Shown piece by piece: positions 22,301 to 35,800 of a stretch of DNA of 64,000 nucleotides (position 1 is the stretch's first letter; each line of letters begins with the position of its first letter). The notes beneath the pieces were generated by a model that saw only the letters and a list, made by a program, of their open reading frames with translations, was not told where the DNA came from and did no database searches. The stretch is from the human T2T-CHM13v2.0 reference genome, Homo sapiens. Position numbers and translations under genes: made by a program. Location: assembly GCF_009914755.1 (NCBI RefSeq), contig NC_060936.1; one strand, given 5' to 3'.

Positions 22301-25300
22301 GTGCGAAACAGGGAGGCCAGTGTCCCCTGAGTCCAGGGCATGAGTGGTGGAGAGGCACTTTAGCCCGTGGGGTGATCCTTTGCTGCGCCGTTTGTGTTTT
22401 CCTTCCATACCACAGGTGCCTCGACCTCCCCTTTGAAGCCTTCCTGCCGCCTTGGGCTAGGCCCCATGGGCCCGAGACGCTCCATGGTCGTGATCCAGGG
22501 ACTCCCTGGGTCCCTTGAGTCCCGCGGATGAACAGTGGGGAGGAACTTTCGCCCGTGGGGGATCCTCTGCCGCGCCATTTCTGTTTTCCTTTCACAGCGC
22601 AGGTGCCTCGACCTCCCCTTTCAAGCATTCCTGCCGCTTTGAGCTGGAATAGGTGGGACCAAGGCCTTCTGTAGGCACGAACCAGGGACGACCACTGTCC
22701 CCTGGGCCATGCGCATGTGCGGTAGGGAGGTACTTTCGCCCATGGGGGGGACCTCGACCTCGCCGTTTGTGTTTTCCTTCCACAACACAGGTGCCTCGAC
22801 CTAACATTTCAAGACTTCCTCTGATTTGGGCTGGACCCCCTGGGCCGAAGCGATACATAGATGCCAACCCGGGATGCCCAAGGTTTCCAGGGATCCACGC
22901 ATTGCGGTGGGGAGGCACTTTCTCTCGTAGTGGGGGACCTCTGCCACGCAGGTTATGTTTTCCTTCCACACCACAAGTGCCTCGACCTCCCCTTTCAAAC
23001 ATTCCTGCCGTCTTGGGATGGCCCCTGTTGGCCGAGGCACTCCGTGGGTGCAAAACAGGGACACCCAGGGTCCCCTGGGCCTTGTGCATGTGTGGTGGGG
23101 AGGCAATTTCGCCCGTTGGGGGAGACCTCTGCTGTGCTGTTTGTGTTTTCCTTCCACACCCCAGGTGCCTCGACTTGCCTTTCAAGCCTTCCTGTCGCCT
23201 TGGGCTGGCCCCTGTTGTCTGAGGAGCTCCATGGGTGTGAACCAGGGACGCTGAGGTTCCCCTTATTCCCGCTCATGAGCGGTGGGCAGGCACATTCGCC
23301 CGTTGTGGGGGGTCCTCTGCTTTGCCGTTTGTGTTTTCCCCCACCACACAGGTGCCTCAACCTCCCCTTTCAAGCCTTCCTTCCGCCTTGGGTTGGCGCC
23401 TGTGGGCCCGAGGCGCTCCATGCTCGTGAGCCAGATATGCCCAGTGTCCCCTGGGCCCCACGCAGGTGCGGTGGGGAGGCACTTTCGCCCATGGGGGTGA
23501 CCTCTGCCGTGCCGCTTTTGTTTTCATTCCACAACACAGGTGCCTCGACCTCCCCATTCAAGCCTTGCTGCCGCCTTGGGCTGTACCCCGTGGGCCCAAA
23601 ACCCTCCGTGGCCATGAACCAGGGATGCCCAGTTTCCCTGGGGCCCCACTTATGTTCAGTGGGGAGGCACTTTGGCACCTGGGGGGGACCTCTGCCTCAC
23701 CGTTTTTGTTTTCCTTCCACACCACGGGTGCCTCGACTTCGCCTTTCAAGACTTCCTGTCACTTGGTCTGACTTCTGTGGGCGCGAGGCACCTCGTGGGT
23801 GCGAAACAGGGACGCCCAGGATCCTCTCAGCCCCACGCTTTCATAGTGGGGCGGCACTTTCGCCCGTGGGGGCGACCTATCCCTCACCATTTGTGTTTTC
23901 CTTCCACAACACAGGTGCCTTGACCTCCCATTTCAAGCCTTCCTGCCACTTTGGAATGGCCCCTTGGGCCGAGGCCCTCCATAGTCGTGAACGAGGGACG
24001 CCCATGGTTTCCTGGGCCCCACTCATGAGCGGCGGGGAGGCACTTTTGCAAGTGGGGGAGGGCCTCTGCTGCACCATTTGTTTTCCTTTCACAACACAGG
24101 TGCCTCGACCTCCCATTTCAAGAATTCTTGCCGCTTTGTGCTGGCCCCCTTGGGCAGTGGCGCTCTGAGAGTGCGAACCAGGGATGCCAAGGATCCCCTG
24201 GGCTCCATGCATGTGTGGTGGGGAGGCACTTTCTCCCGTGGTGGTGGGACATCTGTCGCGCCTTTTGTGTTTTCCTTCAACAACACAGGTGCCTCGACCT
24301 CCCCTTTCAAGCATTCCTGAAGCCTTGGTCTGACCCCCGTGGGTCGAGGTGCTCCGTGGGCGCAAAACAGGGACCCCCAGGGTCTGCTGGGCCCTGCACA
24401 TTTGCGGTGGGGAGGCACTTTCACCCGTAGGGGGGAACTCTCCCTCGCCCTTTACGTTTTCCTTCCACAATACAGGCGCCTTGACCTCCCCTTTCAAGCA
24501 TTCCTGCCGCATTGGGCTTACCCTGTGAACGGAGGTGCTACGTGAGCAAGAACCAGGGACGCCCAGGGTCCCCTGGGAACCGCGCATGTGCCGTGGGAAG
24601 GCAATTTCGCGCCAGGGGGGGACCTCTGCTGTGTCGTTTGTGTTTTCCTTCCACACCACAGGGGCCTCGACCTCCCCTTTCAAGCCTTCCTGCCTCCTTA
24701 AACTGGCCCCCGTGGGCTGAGGTGCTCCATGGGCAAGAATGAGGGATGCCCTGTGTCCCCTGGGTCCCGCGCGTGCGTGGTGGGGAGGCACTTTCGCCTT
24801 TGAGAGGGGACCTCTGCCTCACTGTTTGTGTTTTCTTTTCACAACACAGGTGCCTCGACCTCCCTTTTCAAGCATTCATGACGCGTTGGGCTCACCCTGT
24901 GTGTGCTCCAGGTGCTCCGTGGGCATGAACCAGGGATGCCCAGGGTCCCCTGGGCCCTGAACATGCGTGGTGGATAGTCACTTTCCCCCGTGGCTGGGGG
25001 GAACCTCTGCCACAAAGTTTGTGTTTTCGTTCCTCAACACAGGTGCCTCGACATCCCCTTTCAAGATTTTCTGCCACCTTGGGCTGGCGCCCGTGGGCTG
25101 AGGTACTCCATGGGCCTGAACCAGGGACACTCAGGGTCCCGTGGACCCTGTGCATGCGTGGAGGGGAGGCACTTTCGACCGTGTGGGGGACCTCTGCCAC
25201 GCCGTTTTTCTTTTCCTTCCACAACACAGATGCCTCGACCTCCGTATTCAAGCCTTCCTGCCATCTTGGGCTGGACTCCGTGGGCCGAGGCGCTCCGTGG

Positions 25301-27070
25301 GTGCGAACCAGGGACGCCCACGGTACCCTGGACCCCTTGCATGCACGGTGGGGAGGCACTTTGGTCCATCAGAGGAGACCTCTGCTGCACCATTTGTGTT
25401 TTCCTGCCACACCACAGGTGCCTCAACTTCCCTTTTCAAGCCTTCCTGCCACCTTCAGCTTGTCCCCGTGAGCCGAGGCGCTCCGTCAGCATGAAGCAGG
25501 GACCCCCAGGGTCCCCTGGGCACCACGCATGCACGGTGGGGAGGCTCTTTCGTCCGTGGCGGGGGACCTCTGCCACGTCCTTTGTGGTTTCCTTCCATAC
25601 CACAGGTGCCTCGACCTCCCCTTTCAAGACTTCCTGCCTCCTTGGACGGGCCCTGGTGAGCCAACGCGCTTCGTGGGTGTAAATCGGGGAAGCCCAAAGT
25701 CTCCTAGGTCCTGCACATGCGCGGTAGGGTGGCACTTTCACCCATGGGGGGTCCCTCTGCCGTGCAGTTTATGTTTTCCTTCCACAACACAGGTGCCTCT
25801 ACCTCTCATTTCAAGACTTCCTGCCGCCTTGGGCTGGCCCCCGTGGGCCGTGGAGCTCCGTGTCTGTGAACCAGGGACACCGAGGGTACCCTGGGCCCCA
25901 CGCATGCATGGTGGGGAAGCACTTTCTCCCGTGGCATAGGGCCATCTGTCTCTCCGTTTGTGTTTTCCTTCCACAACAGAGGTGCCTCGACCTCCCCTTT
26001 CAAGCATTCCTGCTGCCTTGGCCCTGTCCCCCTTGGGCCAAGGTGCCCTTCCCCCACAGGTGTGAAGCAGGTATGCCCACGGTCCACTGGGCCCCGCCCA
26101 TGCGTGGTGGGGAAGCACTTTCGCCCATGGGGGGGAAACTCTTCCTCGCCCTTTGTGTTTTCCTTCCACAACACAGGCACCTTGACCTCCCCTTTCAAGC
26201 CTTCCTGCCTCATTTGGCTGACCGTTGTGGGCTGAAGCGCTATGTGGGCGCGAACCACGGGCACCCAGGGTCCCATGGGCCCCATGCATGCGTGGTGGGG
26301 AGGCACTTTCGCCCGTGGCTGGGGAATTTTGCCTCGCCCTTTGTGTTTTCCTTCCACAAGACAGGCGCCTTGACCTCCCCTTTCAAGCCTTCCTGCCGCG
26401 TTGGGATTACCCCTGTGGGCTGAGGCCCTATGTTGGCACGAACAAGGGATGCCCAGGGTCCCCTGGGCCCCATGCATGAGCAGTGGGGAGGCACTTTCAC
26501 CCGTGTGGGGGGACCTCTGCCTCGCCGTTTGTGTTTTCCTTCCACAACACAGGTGCCTCAACCTCACATTTCAAGCCTTCCTGCCGCCTTAGGCTGGCCC
26601 CCGTGGGCCCGACGCACTCTGTAGACATGAACCAGGCACTCCCATGGTACCCTGGGCCCCGCGCATCTGCGGTGGGGAGGCACTTTCGCTCATGGAGGCG
26701 ACCTCTGCCTCGCCATTTGTGTTTTCCTTCCATATCACAGGTGCCTCCACCTCCCCTTTCAAGACATCCTTCCGCTTTGGGCTGGCCCCCATTGGCCTGA
26801 GGTGCTCTGTGGGCACGAACCAGGGACGCCCAGGGTCCCCTGGGCCCCGTGCATGTGCACTGGGGAGACACTTTCGCCCGTGGTGGGGGGACCTCTGCCG
26901 CGCTGTTTGATTTCTCCTTCCACCCCACAGGTGACTTGACCTCCCGTTTCAAGACTTCCTGCCACCTTTGGCTGGACCCCTTGGGCTGACGAGATCCGTG
27001 TGCAAGAACCAGGGATGCCCAGCATCCCCTGGCCCCCAAGCATGCACGGTGGGGTGGCACTTTCCTCCGT

Positions 27071-27085
27071 GGGGGGGGGGGGGGG
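27071..27085 (+). repeat. G15 homopolymer at the monomer G-run position
   Basis: CCGT-G15-AACTC is seen directly. Its length could be affected by sequencing error. Confidence 0.85.
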
Positions 27086-30000
27086 AACTCTGCTGCGCTG
27101 TTTGTATTCCTTCCACTCCACAGGTGCCTCGATCTCCTCTTTCAAGCCTTCCTTCCGCCTTGGGGTGGCCCCCCGTGGGCCAAGACGTTCTGTGGGGATG
27201 AACCAGGGATGCTCAGCGTCCCCTGGTCCCTGAGCAAGTGTGATGGGGGGTACTTTCGCCCTTATTGGGGGACCTCTTCTGTGGCGTTTGGGTTTTCCAT
27301 CCACACCACAGGTGCTTCGACCTCCCATTTTAAGGCTTTCTGCCGCCTTGGGCTGGCCACCGTGGGCCGAGGCACTCCATGGGCGTGAATCAGGGGACCC
27401 CTGGGCCCCATGCATACGCGAAGGGGAGGCACTTTCGCCCGTGCGGGGGACCTCTGCCTCGCCATTTGTGTTTTCCTACCACAACATAGGTGCCTCGACC
27501 TCCTCTTTCAAGACTTCCTGCTGACTGCGGCTGGCCCCAGTGGGTCCGAGGTGCTCTGTGGTTATGAACCAGGGATGCCCAGGGTCACCTGGGCCCCACG
27601 CATGCGCGGTGGAGTGGCACTTTCGCCCGTGGGTGGGGACCTCTGCGGCGCCATTTTGTTTTCCTTCCACTCCACTAGTGCCTCGAACTCCCTTTTCAGG
27701 ACTTCCTGCCGCCTTGGGCTGGCCCCCGTGCACCAAGGCTCTCCGTGGGCGTGAACCAGTAATGCCCAGGGTCGCCTGGGACCCGCGACTGCGCGGTGGG
27801 GAGGCACTTACGTCCTTGTGCGGGGACCTCTGCCTGGCCGTTTCTGTTTTCCGTCCACAACACAGGTGCCTCAAACTCCCCTTTCAACCTTCCTTTCGCC
27901 TTGGGCTGGCCCCTGTGGGAAAGGGGTCCTCCGTGTGCATGAACCAGGGATGCTCAGGTTTCCCTAGGCCCCACGCATGTACGGTGGGGAGGCAATTTCT
28001 TCACGGGGGGCGAACATCTGTCTCGCCATTTGTGTTTCCTTCCACAACCCATGTGAATCGACCTACCCTTTCAAGCATTCCTACAGCCTTGACCTGGCCA
28101 CCGCAGGCCCAAGGCGCTCTGTGGGTGTGAACCAGGGATGCCCAGGGTCCCCTGGGTCCTGCACATGTGCGGTGGGCAGGCATCTTCACCTGTGGTGGGT
28201 GACCTCTGCCTCGCCGTTTGTGTTTTCCTTCCACAACACATGTGACTCGACCTCCCTTTTCAAGCCTTCCTGCCGCCTTGGGCTGGCCCCTGTGTTCTCA
28301 GGCTCTCCATGGGCATGAACCAGGCACACCAAGGGTCCCCTGGGCCTTGTGCATGTGCGGTGGGGAGGCATTTTCTCCCGTGGTGGGGAACTTCTGCCAC
28401 GCCATTTGTGTTTTCCTTCCACACCACAGGTGCCTCAACCTCCCTATTCAAGCCTTCCTGCCACCTTTGGCTGGCTCCTGTGGGCCCGATGTGCTCTGTG
28501 GGTGAGAAGCAGGGATGCCAAGAGTCTGCTGGACCCTGTGCATACGCGGTGCAGAGGCACTTTCGCCCATGGGTGGGGGGGGGCCTCTGCCTCACCGTTT
28601 GTGTTTTCCTTCCACAACACAGGTGCCTTGACTTCCCCTTTCAAGCCTTCCTGCCGCATTGGGGTGGCCCCTATGGGCCGAGGCGCTTGGCTCCCATGCA
28701 TGCGCGGTAGATAGGCACTTTTGCCCTTGGTGGGGGACTTCTCTCTTGCCATTTGTGTTATCCTTCCACGACACAGACGTCTTGACCTCCTTTTTTAAGC
28801 CTTTCTGCCGCCTTGGGCTGGCTCCTGTGGGCCCGAGGCACTCTGTGGGCACAAACCAGGGAAGCCCAGGGTCCCCTGGGCCCTGCCCATGGGCGGTAGA
28901 GAGGGACTTTCTCACATTGAGGGGGAACTTTGACGCGTGGTTTGTTTTCTTTCCACAACACAGGGGCCTCGACCTCCCCTTCCAAGCCTTCCTGCCACCT
29001 TGGGCTTGCTCCCATGGACCCAAGGCACTCCATGGGTGCGAACCAGGGACGCCCAGGGTCCCCTGGGCCCTGCGCATTCGCAGTGGGCAGGAACTTTCGC
29101 CCGTGGGGTGGGACCTCTGCCACGCCGTTTCTGTTTTCCTGCCACAACACAGGTGCCTTGACTTTCCCTTTCAAGCCTTCCTGCCGCCTTTGGCTGGCCC
29201 CTGTGTGCCCCAGGAGCTCTGAGGGCGCAAACCAGGGATTCCCAGGGTCCTCTGGGCCCTGCAGACGCACAGTGGGGAGGCAATTTTGCCCGTGGTGTGG
29301 TCTATGCCTCGCCATTTGTGTTTTCCTTCCACAACACAGGTGCCTCGACATCCCCTTTCAAGCCTTCCTGCCGCCTTGCTGGCCTCCGTGGGCCCAAGGT
29401 GCTCTGTGGACATGAACTAGGGATGCCCTTGGTACCCTGGGCCCTGTGCATGTGCGGTGTGGAGGCACTTTCACCCCTGCGGGGGGACCTCTGCATCGCC
29501 CTTTGTGTTTTCCTTCCACCACACAGGTGCCTGGACGACACTTTTCAAGCCCTGCTGCCGCCTTGGGGTGGCCCTCGTGGGCCCCAGTTTCTCCTTGAGC
29601 ATGACCCAGGGATGCCCAAAGTCCCCAGGGCTCCATGCATGCACGGTGGGGAGGCACGTTCGCCCTTGGGGGGAACTTCTGCCGCACAGTTTTTGTTTTT
29701 ATTCCACAACACAGTTGCCTCGACTTCCCCTTTCAAGCCTTCCTGTCAACTTAGGCTGGCCCCTGTGGGCCCAAGGCTCTCTGTGGGCACGAACCAGGGA
29801 AACCCAGGTTCCCTGGGCCCTGCGCATGCCCAGTGGGGCGGCAATTTCATCGACAGGGGGCCCTCTGTCTCGCCGTTTGTGTTTGCCTTCCACAACACAG
29901 GTGAATCGACCTCCCCTTTCAACTGTCCTACCGCCTTGGCCTGGCACCCGCGGGCAGGACCGAGGCGCTCCGTGGACGTGAATCAGGTATGCCCAGGGTC

Positions 30001-31172
30001 CCCTGGGCCCCGCACATGCGCTGTGGGGAGGCATTTTCCCCCGTGGTGGGGGGACCTCTGCCTTGCCATTTGTTTTCCTTCCACAATACAAGGGCTTCGA
30101 CCTCCCTTTTCAAGCCTTCCTGTCTCCTTGGGCTGGCCCCATGGGGCCGAGGCTCTCAGTGGGCGCCAACCAGGGACAGCCAGGGTTCCCTGGGCCCTGT
30201 GCATGCGTGGTGCGGAGACACTTTCGCCCTTGGTGCGGGACTTCTGCCTCGTCCTTTGTGTTATCCTTCCACAACACAGGTACCTTGACCTCCCCTTTCA
30301 AGCCTTCCTGACTCCTTGGGCTTGCTTCTATGCCCCCGAGGTGCTCTGTGGGTGTGAATCAGGGACCCCCGGGTCCCGTGAGCCCTGCGCATGCACGGTG
30401 GGGAGACACTTTAGCCCGTGGGTGTGGACTTCTACCTTGCCGTTTGTCTTTTTCTTCCACAACATAGGTGCCTCGACCTCCCCTTTCAAGACTTCCTGGC
30501 GCCTTGGGCTGGCACCCGTGGGCCCAAGGCACTCCCTGGGCACCAACCAGGGACACCCAGGTTCCCCTGGGCCCTGCACATGCGCGATGGGGAGGCACTT
30601 TCGCCCATGTTGTGTGACCTCTGCCTCGCTGTTTGTGTTTTCCTTCCACAACACAGGTGCCTCGACCTCCCCTTTCAAGCCTTCCTGAGGACTTGGACTG
30701 GACCCTGCGGGCCAAGGCCCTTCGTGGGCATGAACCAGGGTTGCCCAGGGTCCCCTGGGCCCCGCGAATGCGCGGTGCGGTGGCACTTTCGCCCGTGTGG
30801 TGGGACTACTGCTAGGCCGTTTCTGTTTTCCTTCCACAACACAGGTGTCTCGACCTCCCCTTTCAAGTTTCCTGCCGCCTTGGGCTGGCCCCTTGTGGAC
30901 CCAAGGCGCTCCGTGACCATGAACCAAGAATGCCCAGGGTCCCCTGGGCAACACGCATGCGCAGTGGGGAGGCACTTACGCCCATGGTGTGGGACCTCTG
31001 CCGCGCCGTTTGTTTTCCTTCCACAACACAGGTGAATCGACCTCCCCTTTCAAGCCTTCCTGCCGCCTTGGGCTGAACCCCGTGGGCCCAAGGAGCCCCA
31101 TTGTTGTGAACCAGGGACATCTAGGGTCCCTTGGGCCCCACGCATGCATGGCGGGGTGGGAATTTTGCCTGT

Positions 31173-31194
31173 GGGGGTGGGGGTGGGGGTGGGG
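31173..31194 (+). repeat. (GGGGGT)n micro-expansion, potential G-quadruplex
   Basis: The sequence G5TG5TG5TG4 replaces the usual ~6-8 nt G run of the monomer. Confidence 0.85.
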
Positions 31195-32837
31195 AACTCT
31201 GCCTCACCGTTTCTGTTTTACTTCCACAACACAGTTGCCTCGACCTCCCCTTTCAAGCATTCCTACCGTCTTGGGCTGGCTCCCATGTCCCTGAGGCTCT
31301 CTGTGGGCATGAACCACGGATGACAGGGTACCCTGAGCACTGCGCATGCTTGGTTGGGAATTACTTTTGCTTGTGGGGCGGGACCTCTGTCTCGCCGTTT
31401 GTGTTTCCCTTCCACATCACAGGCGCCTTGACCTCCCCTTTCAGGTTTTCCTGCGGCCTTGGGCTGGCCCCTGTGGGAATAGGCCCTCTGTGGGCATGAA
31501 CGAGGGATGCCCAGGGTCGCCTGGGCCCCACGCATGTGAGGTGGGGATACACTTTCGCTCGTTGGGGGGACCTCTCACATGCCATTTGTGTTTTTCTTCC
31601 ACACCACAGGTGTCTCCACCTCCCGTTTCAAGACTTCCTGCCACCTTGGGCTTGTCCCCATGGGCCTAGGCACTCGTTGGGCACGTGCTAGGGATGCCCA
31701 GTGTCCCCTGGGCTGCGTGTATGCGCGATGGGGAGGCACTTTTGTCTGTGGGGGGGACCTCTGCCGCATTGTTTGTGTTTTCCTTCCACTCAAAGGGTGC
31801 CTGGACCTCCACATTCAAGACTTCCTGTCGCCTTCAGCTGGCCCCCGTGGGACTGGGTCGCTCCTTGAGCACAAATGAGGGACGCCCAGGGTACCCTGGG
31901 CCCCATGCATGCGCTGTGGTGAGGCACTTTTGCCCTTGTTGGGGACCTTCTGCCTGGCCGTTTGTGTTACCCTTCCACAAAACAGGTGCCTCGAGCTCCC
32001 TTTTGAAGCCTTTCTGCCACTTTGGGCTAGCCCCCGTGGGCCCCAGGCGCTCTGTGGGCGTGAACCAGGGACGCCCAGTGTCCTCTGGGCCTCGTGCATG
32101 CACGGTGGTGAGACACTTTCGCCCATGGGTGTGGATCTCTGCCGCGCTGTTTGTCTTCCACACCACGGGTGCCTCAACCTCCCCTTTCAAGAGTTCCTGC
32201 CACCTTGGGCTGGTCCCTGTGGGCCTAGGCACTCGTTATGCACAAGCCAGGGACGCCCAGGGTCCCCTGGTCCCCAGGCATGCGTTATGGGGAGGCACTT
32301 TCGCCCATGGGGGGGACCTCTGCCATTTAGTTTGTGTTTTCCTTTCACACCACAGCTGCCTCGACCTCTGTTTTCAAGCCTTCCTGCCGCCTTGGGCTGG
32401 CACATGTGGGCTGGAGCCACTTTGTGGGCACGAATCAGGGATGCCTTGCATCCCCTGGGCCCTGCGTATGCGCGGTGGGGAGGCCCTTTCGCCCCTGTGC
32501 GGTGACCTCTCCCTCACTGTTTGTGTTTTCCTTCTACAACACAGTTGCTTCGATCTCCCCTTTCAAGCCTTCCTGCCGCCTTGGGCTGGCACCAGTAGGC
32601 CCGAGGCACTTCCTGGGCACCAACCAGGTTGCACAGGATGACAAGGGTCCTGCACATACGCTGTGGGGACTCACTTTCGTCCGTGGAGGGGACCTCTGCC
32701 TCACCATTTGTGTTTTTCTTCCACAACACAGGTGCCTCGACCTCCCCTTTCAAGCCTTCCTGCCACCTTAGGCTGGCCCCTGTGGGGTCGATGCACTCGC
32801 TGGGCACCAACCAGGATGCACAGGGTGACGAGGGCCC

Positions 32838-32849
32838 TGCGCATGCGCA
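32838..32849. promoter_or_regulatory. NRF1-consensus palindrome (representative of a motif carried by the monomer)
   Basis: TGCGCATGCGCA is a perfect match to YGCGCAYGCGCR. Further matches (TGCGCATGCGCG) are at 551-562, 4277-4288 and 10481-10492. This is a motif match only; binding is not shown. Confidence 0.4.
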
Positions 32850-35800
32850 GTGGGGATGCACTTTTGCCCGTGGAGGGACCTCTGCCTCGCTGTTTGTGTT
32901 TTCCTTTCACAACATAGGTGCCTCAACCTCCCCTTTCAAGCCTCCCTGCCATCTTAGGCTGGCACCTGTGGGTCCTTGGTGCTCCGTGGGTATGAACAGG
33001 GGACACCCAGGGTCCCCAGCGCCCCACGCGTGTGCCTTGGGGAGGCAGTTTCGCCCTTGGGGCGGTATCTCTGCCACGCCGTTTGTGTTTTCCTTCCACG
33101 ACACAGGTGTCTCGACCTCCACTTTGAAGGCCTCCTGCCGCCTTGGGCTGGCTCCTGTGGGCTCGAGGCGCTCCGTGTGCATGAACCAGGGACACCCAGG
33201 GTCCCCAGGCCCCATGCATGCGTGGTGGGGAAGCACTTTTGCCCGTGGGGTGGGACCCCTGCCAGGCCGTTTCTGTTTTCCTTCCACAACACAGGTGACT
33301 CGATCTCCATTTTCAAGTGTCCTGCCGCCTTGAGCTGGCCCCCATGGACCCAAGGTGCTCTGCGGGCATGAACCAGGGATGCCCAGGGTCCCCTGGGCCA
33401 CACGCATGCTCGGTGGGGAAGCATTATCGCCCTTGTGTGGGGAGCTCACTCTCGCCATTTGTTTTCCTTCCAAAACACAGGTGACTCGACCTCCCATTTC
33501 AAGCCTTCCTGCCGCCTTGAGCTGGCACCCGTGGGCTCGAGGCACTCTGTGGGTGTGAACCAGGGAAGCCTAGCGTCCCCTGGGCCACCTGCATGCATGG
33601 TGGGTAGGCACTTTCGCCCGTGTTGGGGGACGTCTGCGTCACCGTTTGTGTTTTCCTTCCACAACTAGGACAAACCCTTTCAAGCCTTCCTGCAGCCTTG
33701 AGCTGGCCCCGTGGGCTGGAGGTGCTCCAAGGGTGCGGACCAAAGATGCACAGGAGACTCTCCTGGGGTCCGTGCATGTGTGGTGAGGAGGCACTTCTTG
33801 CCAATGGGTGGAGACCTCTGCCGCACCATTTGTTTTTCCTTCCACACCACGGTGCCTCGAACTCCCATTTCAAGCCTTCCTGCCACCTTGGGCTGGCCCC
33901 CATGGGTGGAGGCACTCTGTGGGCACGAACTAGGGATGACCAGTGTCCCCTGGGCCATGAGCATGTGCGGTGGGGAAGCACTTTTGCCTGTGGTGGGGGA
34001 CCTCTACCGCACAGTTTGTTTTCCTTCCATACCACAGGTGCCTTGACCTCCCCATTCAAGGCATCCTGCCGCCTTCGGATGGCCCCTGTTAGCCAAGACG
34101 CCCCATGGGTATGAATCAGGGATGCCCAGGGTCCCCTGGGCCCCTCGCATGTGCGGTGGGGAGACACTTTCTCCCTTGGGGGGACCTCTGACTTGCCGTT
34201 TTTGTTTTCCTTCCACAACACAGGTGCCTCGACCTCCCCTTCCCAGTCTTCCTGTCACCTTGGGCTGGCCCCCGAGGGCCCAAGGCACTATGAGAGCACA
34301 AACCAGGGATGCCCAGGGTCTCCTGGGCCCCACGCATGCATGGTAGGGAGGCACTTTTGCCCATAGTTTGGGACCTCTGCTGTACCTTTTCCGTTTTCCT
34401 TCCACAACACAGGTTCCTCGACCTCTGCTTTCAAGCCTTCCTGCCGCCTTGGGCTGGCCACCGTGGGCCCGAGGCACTCCGTGGGCATGAACCACGGACA
34501 CCCAGGGTCGCCTGGCCCCATGCATCTGCGGTGGGGAGGCACTTTGGCCCATGGAAGAGACCTCTGCCTCACCATTTGTTTTCCTTCCACACCACAGGTG
34601 ACTTGACCTCCTCTTTCAAGACTTCCTGCCACCTTGAGCTGGTCCCCGTATGCCCAGGCACTCCTTAGGCATGAGCCAGGGACACCCAGGGTCCCCATGG
34701 CTCCGTGAGTGTGTGATGAGGAGGCACTTTCGCCCATAGGGGGACCTCTGTCACGTTGTTTTTGTTTTCCTTCCACACCACGGGTGCCTCGACCTCCCCT
34801 TTCAAGCCTCCCTGCTGCTGTGGGCTGACCCCGTGGGCCTGACGCCCTCCATGGGCGTGAACCAGGGACTCCCAGTGTCCCCTGGGCTCCACGCATGTGC
34901 GGTGGGGAGACCCTTTCAGCCGTGTTTGTGGACCTCTGCCGCATCGCTTGTGTTTTTCTTCCCCAACACAGGTGCCTCCACCTCACATTTCAAGCATTCC
35001 TGCCGCCTTGGGCTGGCACCCGTGGACCTGAGGCACTCCCTGGGCACCAATCAGGGACATACAGGGTCCTCTTTGCCCCATGCATGCACGGTAGGTAGGC
35101 AATTTCGCCCGTAGGAAGGGACCTCTGTCTCACCGTTTGCGTTTTCCTTCCACAACACAGGTGCCTCGACCTCCCCTTTCTAGCCTTCCTGCAGCCTTGG
35201 GCTGTCCTGCATGTGATGAGGTGCTCCATGGGTATGAATCAGGGACGCCCAGGGTCCACTGATCCCTGGGCCTGCATGGTGGGGGGCACTTTCGCCCTTG
35301 GGGGGGACCTCTGCCACGCCGTTTATGTTTTCCTTCCACACCACAGGTGCCTCGACCTCCCATTTCAAGCCTTCCTGCTGCCTTGGGCTGGACCCCGTGA
35401 GCAGAGGTGCTCTGTGGTCATGAACCAGGGATGCCCAGGGTCATATGGGCCCCATGCATGTGTGGTGGGTAGGCACTTTCGCCCATGAGGGGGGACCTTT
35501 GCCTCGCCGTTTGTGTTTTCTTTCTACAGCACAGGTGCCTCTACCTCCCATTTCAAGCATTCCTGCCGCCTTTGGCTGGCCCCCATAGGCTGAGGCCCTC
35601 CTTTGACGTGAACCAGGGATGCCCAGGGTTCCCTGGGTCCCCTGCATGCACGGTTGGGAGGCACTTTCGCCCGTGGGGTGGAAACCTCTGCCACACCATT
35701 TGTGTTTTCCTTCCACACCACAGGTGCCTCATCTTCCCTTTCAAGCCTTCCTGCCACCGTGGGCTGGCCCCCATGGGCCTGCGGTTCTCTGTGGGCATGA

